This document shows positions 18,620-28,825 of a stretch of 44,369 nucleotides of DNA, piece after piece. The stretch lies in the sequence record SRR2962707_4930; one strand, given 5' to 3'. The number at the start of each line of letters is the position of its first letter. Position 1 is the first letter of the stretch. The notes beneath the pieces were generated by a model, which was given only the letters and a program-made list of their open reading frames with translations, was not told where the DNA came from and made no database searches. Made by a program: the position numbers and the translations under genes.

Positions 18620-18988
18620 TTAGTCGGCGCGCGGGACCAAAGGTGTATCCGCATCTGTCGAGCTAGGTGGTGGCAAAAGCCCATCGGTGTTGATGGTCGC
18701 AGGATCGCTGGATCCGCTGTCCGAGGACGACACCCCAAGACGATCCACGACAGAGCCGCCTGCCGAATTCTTGGCTGCGATCACCGTCATCGTGAGAGAG
18801 GTCGCAATAAAGGCAATTGCCAGCAACCAAGTCACTTTGGACATTGCTGTGGCCGGGCTGCGCCCGGCAGAAGCACCGCCGCCTCCGCCGCCGATTCCAA
18901 GACCGCCACCTTCGGAGCGTTGCAAAAGCACCACGCCGATCAATGACAGCGCGAGCAGTAGATGGACGATTAGAATGACGTTTTCCAT
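18620..18988 (-). CDS. secG: Preprotein translocase subunit SecG
   Basis: Two TM segments flanking VLLQRSEGGGLG; secG-pyrG order typical of alphaproteobacteria. Confidence 0.93.
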   Translation of the reverse strand: MENVILIVHLLLALSLIGVVLLQRSEGGGLGIGGGGGGASAGRSPATAMSKVTWLLAIAFIATSLTMTVIAAKNSAGGSVVDRLGVSSSDSGSSDPATINTDGLLPPPSSTDADTPLVPRAD

Positions 18989-19274
18989 GGGCAATGCCTG
19001 AGCGTTCTGAGTGTTCGTGGCTATGTAGGCGAAGCAAGGGGCCTGCGCAACCCGGCTCGCCGTTGTCTTCGGTGCTTTGGCCGGAAAGAGTTAATTTTTA
19101 TTGTCGATTGACGCTAAAGCCAAAGCGGATCTGAAGTGACGCAGTTTGAGCAGGGGTCGTCTTGCCGAGGAGCCTGATCCGGCGAGGTCTTTGAACCAGA
19201 GTTCAAGATCTCAAGTCGGAAGGCAGATATTTTGCCGAAGTCTTTTGAGTATTTTGGGAAAGATGAAATCGATG

Positions 19275-19670
19275 TTACGATTCGACATCGTCGACATCTG
19301 TTTGACCCGTGAGTTTGCGGCGCACGAGGCTCCAGCTGAGACCGATGCCCAAGACCAGTGACAATGAAATCAAGCCGAGCCACAGCGTGAGTGTTGGGTT
19401 TGTCAGATCCAGGATGCCAAAATCCCATAGCACCCAGAGCAACGCGCCAAAAAGGGCAAGCACCAGAACCATGCCAACAGGTCCGATTGAGCGAAGGGTC
19501 GCGCGCAGGTAGATAATGTAGCCAATTAACAAGACGAGACCGGACAGGACGACAAGGGGCAATTGGGTGGCGAAATTGCCCAAAGACCAGGTGACATAGT
19601 TCCAGTCGGTTGGGTTATAGGTCGCACTTAGAAGAAGAAAGGCAAACAGCCATCTGACAACAAAACCCAT
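19275..19670 (-). CDS. Conserved membrane protein (DUF6524-like)
   Basis: ATYNPTDWNY, YLRATLRSIG and GLSWSLVRRKLTGQ.DVDD motifs; multiple TM segments. Confidence 0.7.
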   Translation of the reverse strand: MGFVVRWLFAFLLLSATYNPTDWNYVTWSLGNFATQLPLVVLSGLVLLIGYIIYLRATLRSIGPVGMVLVLALFGALLWVLWDFGILDLTNPTLTLWLGLISLSLVLGIGLSWSLVRRKLTGQTDVDDVES

Positions 19671-19815
19671 AATTCGCCTCAAAATGTTAGTCGGAATGCT
19701 GTTTTGTGGCTTGAGTTTGCCTCTCTGTCCAGCCCTGCGGCAATTTCTTGGTTTCGCCGCCTGACAAGGGCCGCTATACGAGCGCGGGTTTGGCCGTTTG
19801 AAGAAAGGTCCCGAT

Positions 19816-21108
19816 ATGGCAAATGTAGTTGTAGTAGGCGCTCAGTGGGGCGACGAAGGCAAAGGTAAGATCGTTGATTGGCTCAGCGAGCGCGCCGATG
19901 TGATTGCGCGTTTCCAAGGGGGCCACAATGCCGGTCATACGCTGGTGATTGACGGTAAAGTTTACAAGCTTCACGCGTTGCCTTCGGGTGTTGTGCGTGG
20001 CGGAAAACTGTCGGTGATCGGCAATGGTGTTGTTTTGGATCCTTGGCATTTGCTGGGTGAAATCGAGACGATACGGGCGCAAGGCGTTGATATCACGCCG
20101 GAAACGCTGATGATTGCAGAAAACACACCTTTGATTTTACCCTTCCACGGTGAGTTGGATCGGGCGCGTGAAGGTCAGAATGCTGTCGCGAAAATCGGAA
20201 CAACGGGGCGCGGTATTGGCCCGTGTTATGAAGACAAGGTCGGGCGCCGGGTGATCCGTGTGGCTGATCTGGCGGATGATGCGACGCTTGAGCTTCGTGT
20301 TGATCGGGCTTTGGTACATCACAATGCGCTGCGAAACGGTTTGGGACTTGAGCCGATTGATCGCGATGGGTTGCTTGCGAAGCTACGCGAGGTTGCACCG
20401 GGGATTCTTGAGTATGCCGCTCCGGTCTGGAAGGTGATGAACGAAAAGCGCAAAGCCGGAAAACGAATTTTGTTTGAAGGCGCGCAGGGCGCTTTGCTGG
20501 ATATCGATTTCGGCACGTATCCTTTTGTTACATCGTCGAATGTCATCGCAGGACAAGCGGCCACCGGCACAGGCATTGGCCCTGGCGCGATCGATTTCGT
20601 TTTGGGGATCGTCAAAGCCTATACCACCCGCGTGGGTGAGGGACCGTTCCCGACAGAGTTGGATGACGATGACGGCCAACGCCTTGGTGAACGCGGCCAT
20701 GAATTCGGAACGACAACAGGACGCAAGCGGCGCTGTGGTTGGTTTGATGCCTGTCTGGTCCGCCAGACCTGCGCAACATCTGGCGTTAATGGGATTTCCC
20801 TGACAAAACTGGATGTTTTGGATGGGTTCGAAACGCTGAAGCTTTGTGTGGGCTATGAACTGGACGGCACCCGCTTGGACTATTTGCCAACAGCGGCGGA
20901 CCAACAGGCTCGGTGCAAGCCGATCTACGAAGAGATGCCTGGTTGGTCTGAATCAACCGAAGGCGCGCGGTCTTGGAACGATCTTCCCGGTAATGCTGTA
21001 AAGTATGTGCGTCGCATCGAAGAGCTGATCGAATGCCCGGTGGCGTTGTTGTCCACGTCGCCAGAGCGTGAAGACACCATTTTGGTGACGGACCCGTTCG
21101 CCGACTAA
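19816..21108 (+). CDS. purA: Adenylosuccinate synthase
   Basis: [33 protein letters not shown] and TKLDVL motifs. Confidence 0.98.
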   Translation: MANVVVVGAQWGDEGKGKIVDWLSERADVIARFQGGHNAGHTLVIDGKVYKLHALPSGVVRGGKLSVIGNGVVLDPWHLLGEIETIRAQGVDITPETLMIAENTPLILPFHGELDRAREGQNAVAKIGTTGRGIGPCYEDKVGRRVIRVADLADDATLELRVDRALVHHNALRNGLGLEPIDRDGLLAKLREVAPGILEYAAPVWKVMNEKRKAGKRILFEGAQGALLDIDFGTYPFVTSSNVIAGQAATGTGIGPGAIDFVLGIVKAYTTRVGEGPFPTELDDDDGQRLGERGHEFGTTTGRKRRCGWFDACLVRQTCATSGVNGISLTKLDVLDGFETLKLCVGYELDGTRLDYLPTAADQQARCKPIYEEMPGWSESTEGARSWNDLPGNAVKYVRRIEELIECPVALLSTSPEREDTILVTDPFAD

Positions 21109-21159
21109 TTGACTGGGTGCGGGCGTGTCCCGCGCCGATTATGAAACAGGAGTTCGATT

Positions 21160-21387
21160 ATGGCGCTTTCATATAAAGCCCGCCGACGCTGGGCGCTGGT
21201 GATTCTACTGATTGGCCTGCCGATCTATATTATTGCCGCTGTCTTTGTTCAGAGCCTGTTTGATCGGCCCTCTTTTTGGGTTGAGCTATTGATCTATGTT
21301 GGACTGGGGATTGTTTGGGTGCTGCCGTTCAAATTTATCTTTCTTGGTGTAGGGCAGGGCGATCCTGACGCGGATGACAACGATTGA
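21160..21387 (+). CDS. Small membrane protein (DUF2842-like)
   Basis: 75 aa with two TM segments, ELLIYVGLGIVWVLP motif; AGGAG RBS. Confidence 0.75.
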   Translation: MALSYKARRRWALVILLIGLPIYIIAAVFVQSLFDRPSFWVELLIYVGLGIVWVLPFKFIFLGVGQGDPDADDND

Positions 21388-21414
21388 TCAAAAGCCCCTT
21401 TAGAGCACGAAAGC

Positions 21415-21448
21415 AAAAAGCGACGGGAAAACTCCCGTCGCTTTTTTT
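21415..21448. terminator. Bidirectional terminator
   Basis: AAAAAGCGACGGGA-AAAC-TCCCGTCGCTTTTT between convergent genes. Confidence 0.88.
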
Positions 21449-21470
21449 GTGGCCTATTGAATTACCGGGA

Positions 21471-23858
21471 TTAACCAGCGGCCCGGCTGTCAGGCCGGAA
21501 GCCAATTGAGTCGGATGCTGTGAAGCGACCGCCCCGTGTTTTCTCGATTTTGCCATCGCGCAACAACTGCCCAAAGCTGCGTAGACGATCTTCGCGACTG
21601 GATTCGGTCTCTTCGACCTGCAGCACGATGTTCATCAATTGGGGGCGCGAAAATTGCTCAATACCTTCGACGAAAGACATATAAGCGGCGGCAGCTTCTA
21701 ACAAATCGGGAAGCTCTGTCGCGCCGACCTGTTCAGCAAACTCTCCGAAACTGCCCTCGGCAATGGGCGCTTGTGTGGCGCGCCGAGGGGAGGCGGCGGC
21801 CGCGGCTGCGCTGACCCGCCGTGGCCGGATTGGCCGAACGGACGTGGCTGCAGATTCTGCCGGTGTATCAACGCGCTGTTCAGCCACCAGTTTCAACGGG
21901 GCTGGCTTTTCAGTAGGGGCAGGGCGTTCGGACCGTGTTGCTTTGGGTTTTGGGTGACGTGGACGCACCACATCCGCAAGGTCTTCACGATAGGGTTGGT
22001 TCTGAGTCTCGGGATCAGCCTTTTTCCCCAAAATGCGGTCTGCGCGTGTTGCGGCAACGGCGGCCCGCAGATGCGCAATGGCGCTGCGGCGACGGTTGCC
22101 TTCTGGCTCATCCAGTTCCGAATTTGTTTGATCCAACAAACGGGACACAGAGTTTACGTCGTCTTCGACTTTGGCTTCGGTCAGCAGGGCACGGGCCGGG
22201 CTGCTCATACGGACCGTTTTGCGCACGCTTTCCCGGGCAAGACGGTCAATGGTGTCTTCCATTTCAGACGTTTCTTGCTCTGCGGCTTCCTCGGCTTTGA
22301 TGCGCGCTTCGGCTTCGGCCCATTTACGGGCTTCTTCCTCATCGTCCTCATCATCTTCCCAGTCGTCATCCCATTCATCACTTTCGGCGGCTATGGCCGT
22401 TGTGGCGGGAGCGGGAGTTTCAACTTCCTCATCGTCCCAGCCTAAAAGGGAATCGTCACCTGGTTCGTCGTCATCCTCGTCCTCGTAATCGTCGAGCAGA
22501 GCTTTATCGTCTTCATCATCCTCATCGAAGATGGCGTTGAGAAGCTCTTCGCTGTCGTCGTTGTCGAATTCTTCGAGAGCGTCTAGTTCTGAAGCAACTT
22601 CGGCCGCCAGAATCGCATCCTCGTCCTCATCTTCGTATTCTTCCTCGTACAGCTCTTCTTCTTCGACTTCTGCTTCCGCTTCGATTTCGGCGGAGAGCTC
22701 GGCAAGCTCTCGGGCGAGGTCGGCTTCGGCGGCGGCTTCGAGGCTGGACAATTCGGCCAACGGCGCTGGCTTGGTCACTTCACCATCAACGACGGCTTGT
22801 GTCACGGCGTCGACGGCATCTTCAACTTCTTCGAGTTGTCCCTTTGCGACGGCCTGATCCAAAGCACCGCGTTTCACACGGGTCACGCGGGCCCGAATGG
22901 TCGGACGTGTTGGTTTTACTGGCGCGGGTTCGACCGGCGCTTCGATTTCCGGCGCATCAAGTGCTTCTAACTCTTCAAGGTCTTCTTGTGCATCAAGCTC
23001 TTCTAGGGCTTCCAGATCTTCGAGTTCATCCAATTCCGCCGCAACCTCGGCGGCAAGATCAAGGTCTTCCGTCGTGTCGAAATCCTCATCGCCTGCTTCT
23101 TCGGTCTCATCAAAGCCAGAGGTCAGCGTGACCTTTGACATCAAATCATCGACGTCGAATTCTTCGGCGTCTTCTTCGTATTCCGCAAGAAGCTCGACAA
23201 GTTCGTCGTTTTGGTCCAAATCGGCAGACGGGCCATCTTCGGCGTGCTCATCCTCAGTGAATTCTGGCTTTGTGTCTTGTGGTGTCGAGACGACGGCCCG
23301 GATGCGTTGCAGTTTCGCAGCCACATTCTCAACCGAAGGCGACATAGGTGCCAAAGCTTCGGGGGTTTCCGCTTCTTCCAGAATTGCGTCTGAAAGATCC
23401 TCGTCGTCCTCGTTGGAAATCGTTTCTGAGACCAACGCTTCTGGCATTGTGACCGATGGGTCTGCCACGTCATTCGTCGCAGGTGCTTCGATTTCTGAGG
23501 CTCGCTGAGTTGGCTCAGCTGAACCTGCATCATCGACCAAATTATCTGCGGGCGAGGTGGCAGCCTCAGCCCGCATGGATTCAGGGGTATCATAAGGCGC
23601 GGCAAGCGATGGGCGCAGTACGACACTTCCCTTCTCCATCCGTGCTTCCACACGGCGTTCAATTTCTTTTCCCGCAATGCGGGCCAACATTTCTGTGTCT
23701 GGGGTCGGGGGCTCTGCGCCAAAGTACCGATCGTCGGCAGCGAGGTCCCTAAAATATTCGGCGATTGCCTTCATCGTTGTAAAGGAATCATCGAACCCCT
23801 CAAGGGTGCACGAAAATGTCCCGTACGAAACCGTCAGGATCTTATTCGAGTTGACCAT
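21471..23858 (-). CDS. Large acidic hypothetical protein with folded-looking N- and C-terminal domains
   Basis: ~795-aa ORF; N-term KILTVSYGTFSCTLEGF...YFGAEP, long Glu/Asp-rich low-complexity middle, C-term LLEAAAAY...LRSFGQLLRDGKI. Confidence 0.85.
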   Translation of the reverse strand: MVNSNKILTVSYGTFSCTLEGFDDSFTTMKAIAEYFRDLAADDRYFGAEPPTPDTEMLARIAGKEIERRVEARMEKGSVVLRPSLAAPYDTPESMRAEAATSPADNLVDDAGSAEPTQRASEIEAPATNDVADPSVTMPEALVSETISNEDDEDLSDAILEEAETPEALAPMSPSVENVAAKLQRIRAVVSTPQDTKPEFTEDEHAEDGPSADLDQNDELVELLAEYEEDAEEFDVDDLMSKVTLTSGFDETEEAGDEDFDTTEDLDLAAEVAAELDELEDLEALEELDAQEDLEELEALDAPEIEAPVEPAPVKPTRPTIRARVTRVKRGALDQAVAKGQLEEVEDAVDAVTQAVVDGEVTKPAPLAELSSLEAAAEADLARELAELSAEIEAEAEVEEEELYEEEYEDEDEDAILAAEVASELDALEEFDNDDSEELLNAIFDEDDEDDKALLDDYEDEDDDEPGDDSLLGWDDEEVETPAPATTAIAAESDEWDDDWEDDEDDEEEARKWAEAEARIKAEEAAEQETSEMEDTIDRLARESVRKTVRMSSPARALLTEAKVEDDVNSVSRLLDQTNSELDEPEGNRRRSAIAHLRAAVAATRADRILGKKADPETQNQPYREDLADVVRPRHPKPKATRSERPAPTEKPAPLKLVAEQRVDTPAESAATSVRPIRPRRVSAAAAAASPRRATQAPIAEGSFGEFAEQVGATELPDLLEAAAAYMSFVEGIEQFSRPQLMNIVLQVEETESSREDRLRSFGQLLRDGKIEKTRGGRFTASDSIGFRPDSRAAG

Positions 23859-23953
23859 GAGCTGCTTACCTTTCACTACCTTGTACCCGACCATATAGAT
23901 CATGCAGGGCGTCTAAAGCCGACCGAATCTGTGCCAAACAGGGTATCATTTCA

Positions 23954-23974
23954 TGACCTGTTTGTGACCTGTTT
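23954..23974. promoter_or_regulatory. 11-bp-period direct repeat, candidate OmpR/PhoB-family operator
   Basis: TGACCTGTTT-G-TGACCTGTTT in the divergent intergenic region. Confidence 0.5.
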
Positions 23975-23993
23975 CCTATTGAGGGCCTAAATC

Positions 23994-24680
23994 TTGGTGA
24001 ATTCACTTATTGTTGCTGATGCAGAAATGATCCTTTTGGTCGGCGGCGGCCCTCTTGGTGAAAATAGTTTAGAATCGATGATTTTAAAGGCTGATGCTGT
24101 TGTCGCAGCGGATAGCGGGGCAGATTGGATTTTGGGGCAGGGACATCTGCCAGATGTCGTTATCGGTGATTTGGATTCCATTTCGCCGCCCAGTTTGGAA
24201 CAAATTCCGTCAGATCGCGTGCACAGGATCACAGAGCAAGACAGCACAGATTTTGAAAAATGCCTGCGGTTGTGCACGGCACGTATCACTTTGGCGCTCG
24301 GATTTTCGGGGGGGCGAGTGGACCATGAGTTGGCGGTTCTCTCGGTTTTGGCGCGACGTGCGGACAGGTTATGCCTCGTGATAGGCGAAGAAGATGTGAT
24401 CCTGCATCTCCCGCCGAAGCTCTCTTTGGAACTGCCTCTTAAAAGCCGGCTGTCGCTCTTTCCCATGGCGCCTGTAACGGGGCGGTCTGAGGGATTGCGC
24501 TGGCCCATCAACAGTCTGAACTTTGCCCCTAACGCGCAGATCGGGACATCAAACGAAGTAAATGGGCCGGTACATTTGGACATGGATGGGCCGGGTATGC
24601 TGCTTATTCTTCCGCGGAGTGCGTTGCAGGCTGTACTTGAGGCGCTGGAACCGTTGCCCGCCGGGTGGCCTGCTCTCTGA
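23994..24680 (+). CDS. thiN: Thiamine diphosphokinase
   Basis: VAADSGA, IGDLDS, QDSTDFEK, GGRVDH, GLRWP and GTSN motifs; exact start (TTG 23994 or GTG 23997) uncertain. Confidence 0.9.
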   Translation: MVNSLIVADAEMILLVGGGPLGENSLESMILKADAVVAADSGADWILGQGHLPDVVIGDLDSISPPSLEQIPSDRVHRITEQDSTDFEKCLRLCTARITLALGFSGGRVDHELAVLSVLARRADRLCLVIGEEDVILHLPPKLSLELPLKSRLSLFPMAPVTGRSEGLRWPINSLNFAPNAQIGTSNEVNGPVHLDMDGPGMLLILPRSALQAVLEALEPLPAGWPAL

Positions 24681-25545
24681 ACACGATGTAAAGGCCTGAG
24701 GCAACGGTCACGGAGATCCCGACAAGGGCCAGGCTGTTGGGGAAATCGCGAAAGATTACCCAGCCGATGAGGGCCGCAAAAGGAATTTCCAGGTATTGCA
24801 TCGGTGCCAATGTCGCCGATGGGGCAAATCGCAAAGACCACGTCATCAGTAGATGACCTCCAGTACCAAAAATCCCCAATAACAGAATCTTGAGCCATGT
24901 ATCGACCTGAGGCCAGGTCCAGGACAGGTTCAATACGGTCGGATCGTTGAAAACAAAAAGCAAAGGGCCCAGAAAGGCGACTGCCATGCCCCCACTGATC
25001 ACTTGCATGGCGATCGGATCTATCTCTTTCGCCATCTGACGGGTGACGAGCATGAACAAGGCAAAGACAACCGCAACCCCTAAGGGTAACAAAGCAGGCC
25101 AGCCAACATTTTGAAAGGCAGGCTGGACAACCAATAGAGTTCCCAGAAATCCAACGATGCTGGCAATCAGGCGTCGAGACCCGACCTCTTCTTTCAAGAT
25201 GAAATGCCCCAGCAAGAGACTGATAAACGGCATGACAAAGGCAATCGCCACGGCATCGGCCAACGGCAGAAACGTTAATGCTGAAAACATCATGCCGATT
25301 CCCAGAATATGCAAAACGGTGCGCATGATCATCAGGCGTAGAACACGGCGGGACATGCTAAAAGACCGAGGTCGCAGCAGAAAAACCGGTGCCAAAAAGA
25401 TCAGCTGCAATGAAAACCGAATGAAGATCAGCTGTAGCAAACCGATCTCACCACCCAGCATTTTGGCCATGGAATCCCCCAAGGGGGCCATGGCGCAAAA
25501 GCCGAGCATAAGCGTAACGCCAAGAAGGGGTTTGTCCTGTTGCAT
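24604..25545 (-). CDS. DMT/EamA-family transporter
   Basis: About 10 TM segments, LPLADAVAIAFVMP, LKEEVG and LAPMQYLEI motifs. Confidence 0.9.
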   Translation of the reverse strand: MQQDKPLLGVTLMLGFCAMAPLGDSMAKMLGGEIGLLQLIFIRFSLQLIFLAPVFLLRPRSFSMSRRVLRLMIMRTVLHILGIGMMFSALTFLPLADAVAIAFVMPFISLLLGHFILKEEVGSRRLIASIVGFLGTLLVVQPAFQNVGWPALLPLGVAVVFALFMLVTRQMAKEIDPIAMQVISGGMAVAFLGPLLFVFNDPTVLNLSWTWPQVDTWLKILLLGIFGTGGHLLMTWSLRFAPSATLAPMQYLEIPFAALIGWVIFRDFPNSLALVGISVTVASGLYIVFREQATRRATVPAPQVQPATHSAEE

Positions 25546-25650
25546 GGCGGCACGCTAGGCCTCTGATCGATGAAGGGCAATCGCAGAAATATCGCGATTG
25601 TGATGACGTCACGGATGCGCCTTGTGGGTTTGCCGGATAGACAGAAGCCT

Positions 25651-26553
25651 ATGATGGCGATTGTAAAAATAACTGTTTTGCTTTGTGCGAGTCTGGCATT
25701 GATTGCCTGTGGATCGCATGTGATGAATTCAGGTCAGTCTAAAGTGCCTGAGAAGGCTGCGGGCACGCTGAGGCTGGCCTCTATTAACGTGCATTACATC
25801 ATTCTGTCAAAAGAGCAGGGGTCTTGGTCCGTGGCCGACTGGGCGCGCAGAAAACAGCCAATGGACGCGGCCTTTAAGGCCATTGCCCCGGATGTCATGG
25901 GTTTCCAAGAGATGGAAAGTTTTGCCCGTTCAGATGCCAGCGGGATCAATCTGACCTTGGATTATCTGCTGGAACAAAACCCCGATTATGCGGCCGGGGC
26001 GGTGGGCGATTGGCGGGAATTTCCATCAACCCAGCCAATCCTGTATCGCACGGACAGGTTTGATCTATTGGATCAGGGCTGGTTTTTCTTTTCCGACACG
26101 CCGGATGTGATCTATTCTCGCACCTACAATGGCTCTTATCCGGCTTTTGCGTCTTGGGTAAAGCTGCAAGGGGCTGACGGGGCTTTCTATGTGTTCAACG
26201 TCCATTTTGAGTACAAAAGCCGGTCAAACCGTTTGAAATCTGCGGCTTTGGTGGCGTCGCGCATCGCGCCGCTTATTGCCGAGGGTGAAAAGGTGTTCCT
26301 GGTCGGTGACACCAATGCCCGTACTGGAGCTCGGACAATGAAGGTACTCGAAGCCCCGGGCCTTCGCTTTGCGCCATCCAAAGGCGCAACCTATCATTTG
26401 AACAAGGGTTTGAATTTGTTCAGTGCGATTGACCACATCGGCGCAAGCGAGGGCATTTCTATTGAGGGCGACGCGGGGATCCTTCGGCAAAAATTCTTTA
26501 ACGAATGGCCGTCAGATCACTATCCGATCTATGTGGACGCCCGATTGAACTAG
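25651..26553 (+). CDS. Endonuclease/exonuclease/phosphatase-family lipoprotein
   Basis: Lipobox LIAC; SINVH, DVMGFQE, NVHF, GDTN, IDHI and SDHYP EEP motifs. Confidence 0.88.
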   Translation: MMAIVKITVLLCASLALIACGSHVMNSGQSKVPEKAAGTLRLASINVHYIILSKEQGSWSVADWARRKQPMDAAFKAIAPDVMGFQEMESFARSDASGINLTLDYLLEQNPDYAAGAVGDWREFPSTQPILYRTDRFDLLDQGWFFFSDTPDVIYSRTYNGSYPAFASWVKLQGADGAFYVFNVHFEYKSRSNRLKSAALVASRIAPLIAEGEKVFLVGDTNARTGARTMKVLEAPGLRFAPSKGATYHLNKGLNLFSAIDHIGASEGISIEGDAGILRQKFFNEWPSDHYPIYVDARLN

Positions 26554-27923
26554 CAATTCGGGACGTTGACGGCCAAGCCGCCAAGAGAGGTTTCCTTGTA
26601 TTTCTCGCTCATGTCCTGCCCGGTTTGACGCATGGTTTCGATGCAAGCGTCCAGAGAGACCAGATGCACCCCGTCGCCCCGCAGAGCCAGACTGGCTGCG
26701 GACACAGCTTTGATCGCGCCCAATCCGTTACGTTCAATACATGGGACCTGAACAAGCCCCTTTACCGGATCACAAGTCATTCCTAAGTGATGCTCGAGGG
26801 CAATTTCTGCTGCGTTCTCAACTTGTTGCGCTGTGCCGCCCATCACGGCGCATAGCCCAGCTGCTGCCATCGCGGCCGCCGATCCCACCTCAGCCTGACA
26901 ACCGGCCTCTGCGCCACTGATTGAGGCGTTTGCCTTGACCAATCCGCCAATCGCGGCAGCCGTTAATAAGAACTCCGAAATCCGGGATACTGTCGCGCCG
27001 GGCACATGATCGAGCCAATAGCGCATCGTCGCGGGCACCACACCGGCCGCGCCATTTGTCGGGGCCGTGACAACCTGTCCCCCGGCGGCGTTTTCCTCGT
27101 TCACCGCCATGGCGTAAACGCTCATCCAGTCATTGATGGTATGTGGGGCCGAGATGTTCAGTCCACGCTCGGCGATCAAAGCATGATGGATGTTTTTCGC
27201 ACGGCGACGCACGCTTAGCCCTCCGGGCAAAATGCCATCGTTTTCCAAACCCCGATTGATACAGGCGTTCATGACCTGCCATATACGGTCCAGGCCTTGA
27301 TCCAACTTTGCAACGCCGATCCGCGCCACTTCGTTGGCGCGTTTCATCTCAGCGATGGATTTGCCCGATGATACAGACATTTGCAGCATTTCGGCGGCAG
27401 ATTGAAACGGAAAGGGTACCGTAGGTCCCGTGTCCGGATTGGCGGGGCCTGAAAGTTCGGCTTCGGTCACAATGAAACCACCACCAATGGAATAATAAGT
27501 TTCTTGCAATATGACGTCGCCCTGCGCGTCCAACCCCATCAAAACCATACCATTGGCATGGCCGGGCAGGTTGGGACCAAAGTCAAAAGTCAAATCCTTG
27601 GTCGGATCAAATCTGAGCGCCGGTAAGCCCTCGGGGTGGATTTGATGAGTTTCACGAATCTGGGTTAACGCGTCTTCGGCCTTACCAAGATCAAAGCTTT
27701 CCGGGGCAAATCCAGCCAATCCCAGAATTGTCGCGCGGTCTGTCGCATGACCGACCCCCGTAAAGGCCAATGACCCATGAAGCGTGGCGCGCAGGCCTGA
27801 AAACTCAAACGGTGCTTGGCGCATAAGGTCTAAAAAGCGCCCCGCCGCGACCATCGGGCCCATCGTATGAGATGACGACGGGCCGACGCCGATTTTGAAA
27901 ACATCGAAAACGGAAAGAAACAT
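26550..27923 (-). CDS. sdaA: L-serine ammonia-lyase (Fe-S dependent)
   Basis: [38 protein letters not shown] and KETSLGGLA motifs. Confidence 0.96.
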   Translation of the reverse strand: MFLSVFDVFKIGVGPSSSHTMGPMVAAGRFLDLMRQAPFEFSGLRATLHGSLAFTGVGHATDRATILGLAGFAPESFDLGKAEDALTQIRETHQIHPEGLPALRFDPTKDLTFDFGPNLPGHANGMVLMGLDAQGDVILQETYYSIGGGFIVTEAELSGPANPDTGPTVPFPFQSAAEMLQMSVSSGKSIAEMKRANEVARIGVAKLDQGLDRIWQVMNACINRGLENDGILPGGLSVRRRAKNIHHALIAERGLNISAPHTINDWMSVYAMAVNEENAAGGQVVTAPTNGAAGVVPATMRYWLDHVPGATVSRISEFLLTAAAIGGLVKANASISGAEAGCQAEVGSAAAMAAAGLCAVMGGTAQQVENAAEIALEHHLGMTCDPVKGLVQVPCIERNGLGAIKAVSAASLALRGDGVHLVSLDACIETMRQTGQDMSEKYKETSLGGLAVNVPNC

Positions 27924-28610
27924 TTAGGTGGCCGATCCTTCTGGAGGAGACGCGTAAACTGGCGATGAAAATGGGGTTGCCCCAAGCCCTTCTGCCTGTG
28001 CAGCAGACAGGCTAGCGGGGCGGGTTTCAATGGTTTGTGCAAGATTAAAGAGCGCAGGCCACTTGGCAAGGTCACACCAATCGGGCCCGTCAATCGGATA
28101 GAGCACCGCCCATCTAAGTAAGGGGGCCAGATAAAAATCGGGCAATGTCGGCGATGCGCCGACAAAAAACGGGCCATTGATGGCTTGATCCAACAGGGTC
28201 AGTTGATCGCAAATCCGCGTGATCGTCCGGCTTTGCATGTCAGGGATCGCTGATTTTGGCCCAAAACGCTCGGTATAAAACAGGGTCATCAGAGCTGGAT
28301 GCAAGGTTGTGGCCAGATAAATCAGCCATTTCAAAGATTTCGCCCGATCTGGTCCATTTTTTGGCATCAACCCGGGTGAGTGCTCTTCTAGCCAAAGAAG
28401 AATTGCGGCTGTTTCAAAAATCGGACCATCAGGGGTTTCCAGAACCGGAATACGACCTGCCGGATTTAGCTTAAGATAACCTGGGGCGCGTTGGGCGTTG
28501 ACAGCGCGATCAACCAGCCTTGTTGAATAGGGTAAACCCAACTCATTCAGCGCGAGCCGGATGATCAAAGACGCATTATCAGGGGCATAGTGCAGGACAA
28601 GGTTGTTCAT
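27924..28610 (-). CDS. Glutathione S-transferase family protein
   Basis: LNPAGRIPVL...IFETAAILLWL N-terminal GST motif and TLPDFYL C-terminal motif. Confidence 0.9.
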   Translation of the reverse strand: MNNLVLHYAPDNASLIIRLALNELGLPYSTRLVDRAVNAQRAPGYLKLNPAGRIPVLETPDGPIFETAAILLWLEEHSPGLMPKNGPDRAKSLKWLIYLATTLHPALMTLFYTERFGPKSAIPDMQSRTITRICDQLTLLDQAINGPFFVGASPTLPDFYLAPLLRWAVLYPIDGPDWCDLAKWPALFNLAQTIETRPASLSAAQAEGLGATPFSSPVYASPPEGSAT

Positions 28611-28825
28611 GTTCAAAGGCGTAGCGGCTTCGCGTCGCCGCGTCTGCCCTTGAAACCGACAAAAGCTGCCGAAAAACGCCGTTTAAGTTTCGCAAACCCG
28701 AACAAGGAGCTGTCAGCCGCAAATTTACGTGGTTTTTAGCTCTATGAACATCCGGGCGACAATTGGGCCTCGCTCCTGTGCCATATGTTGCATATAACGG
28801 GCCGAAAGATATGGAGTCGTTGTAT

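Noticed and set aside
22171-23508. Ser-rich ORFs on the + strand
   Set aside because: Reverse-complement artefact of the GAA/GAC-rich acidic gene
23921-23937. TGGCAC sigma-54 -24 element upstream of the acidic-protein gene
   Set aside because: No correctly spaced -12 TTGC
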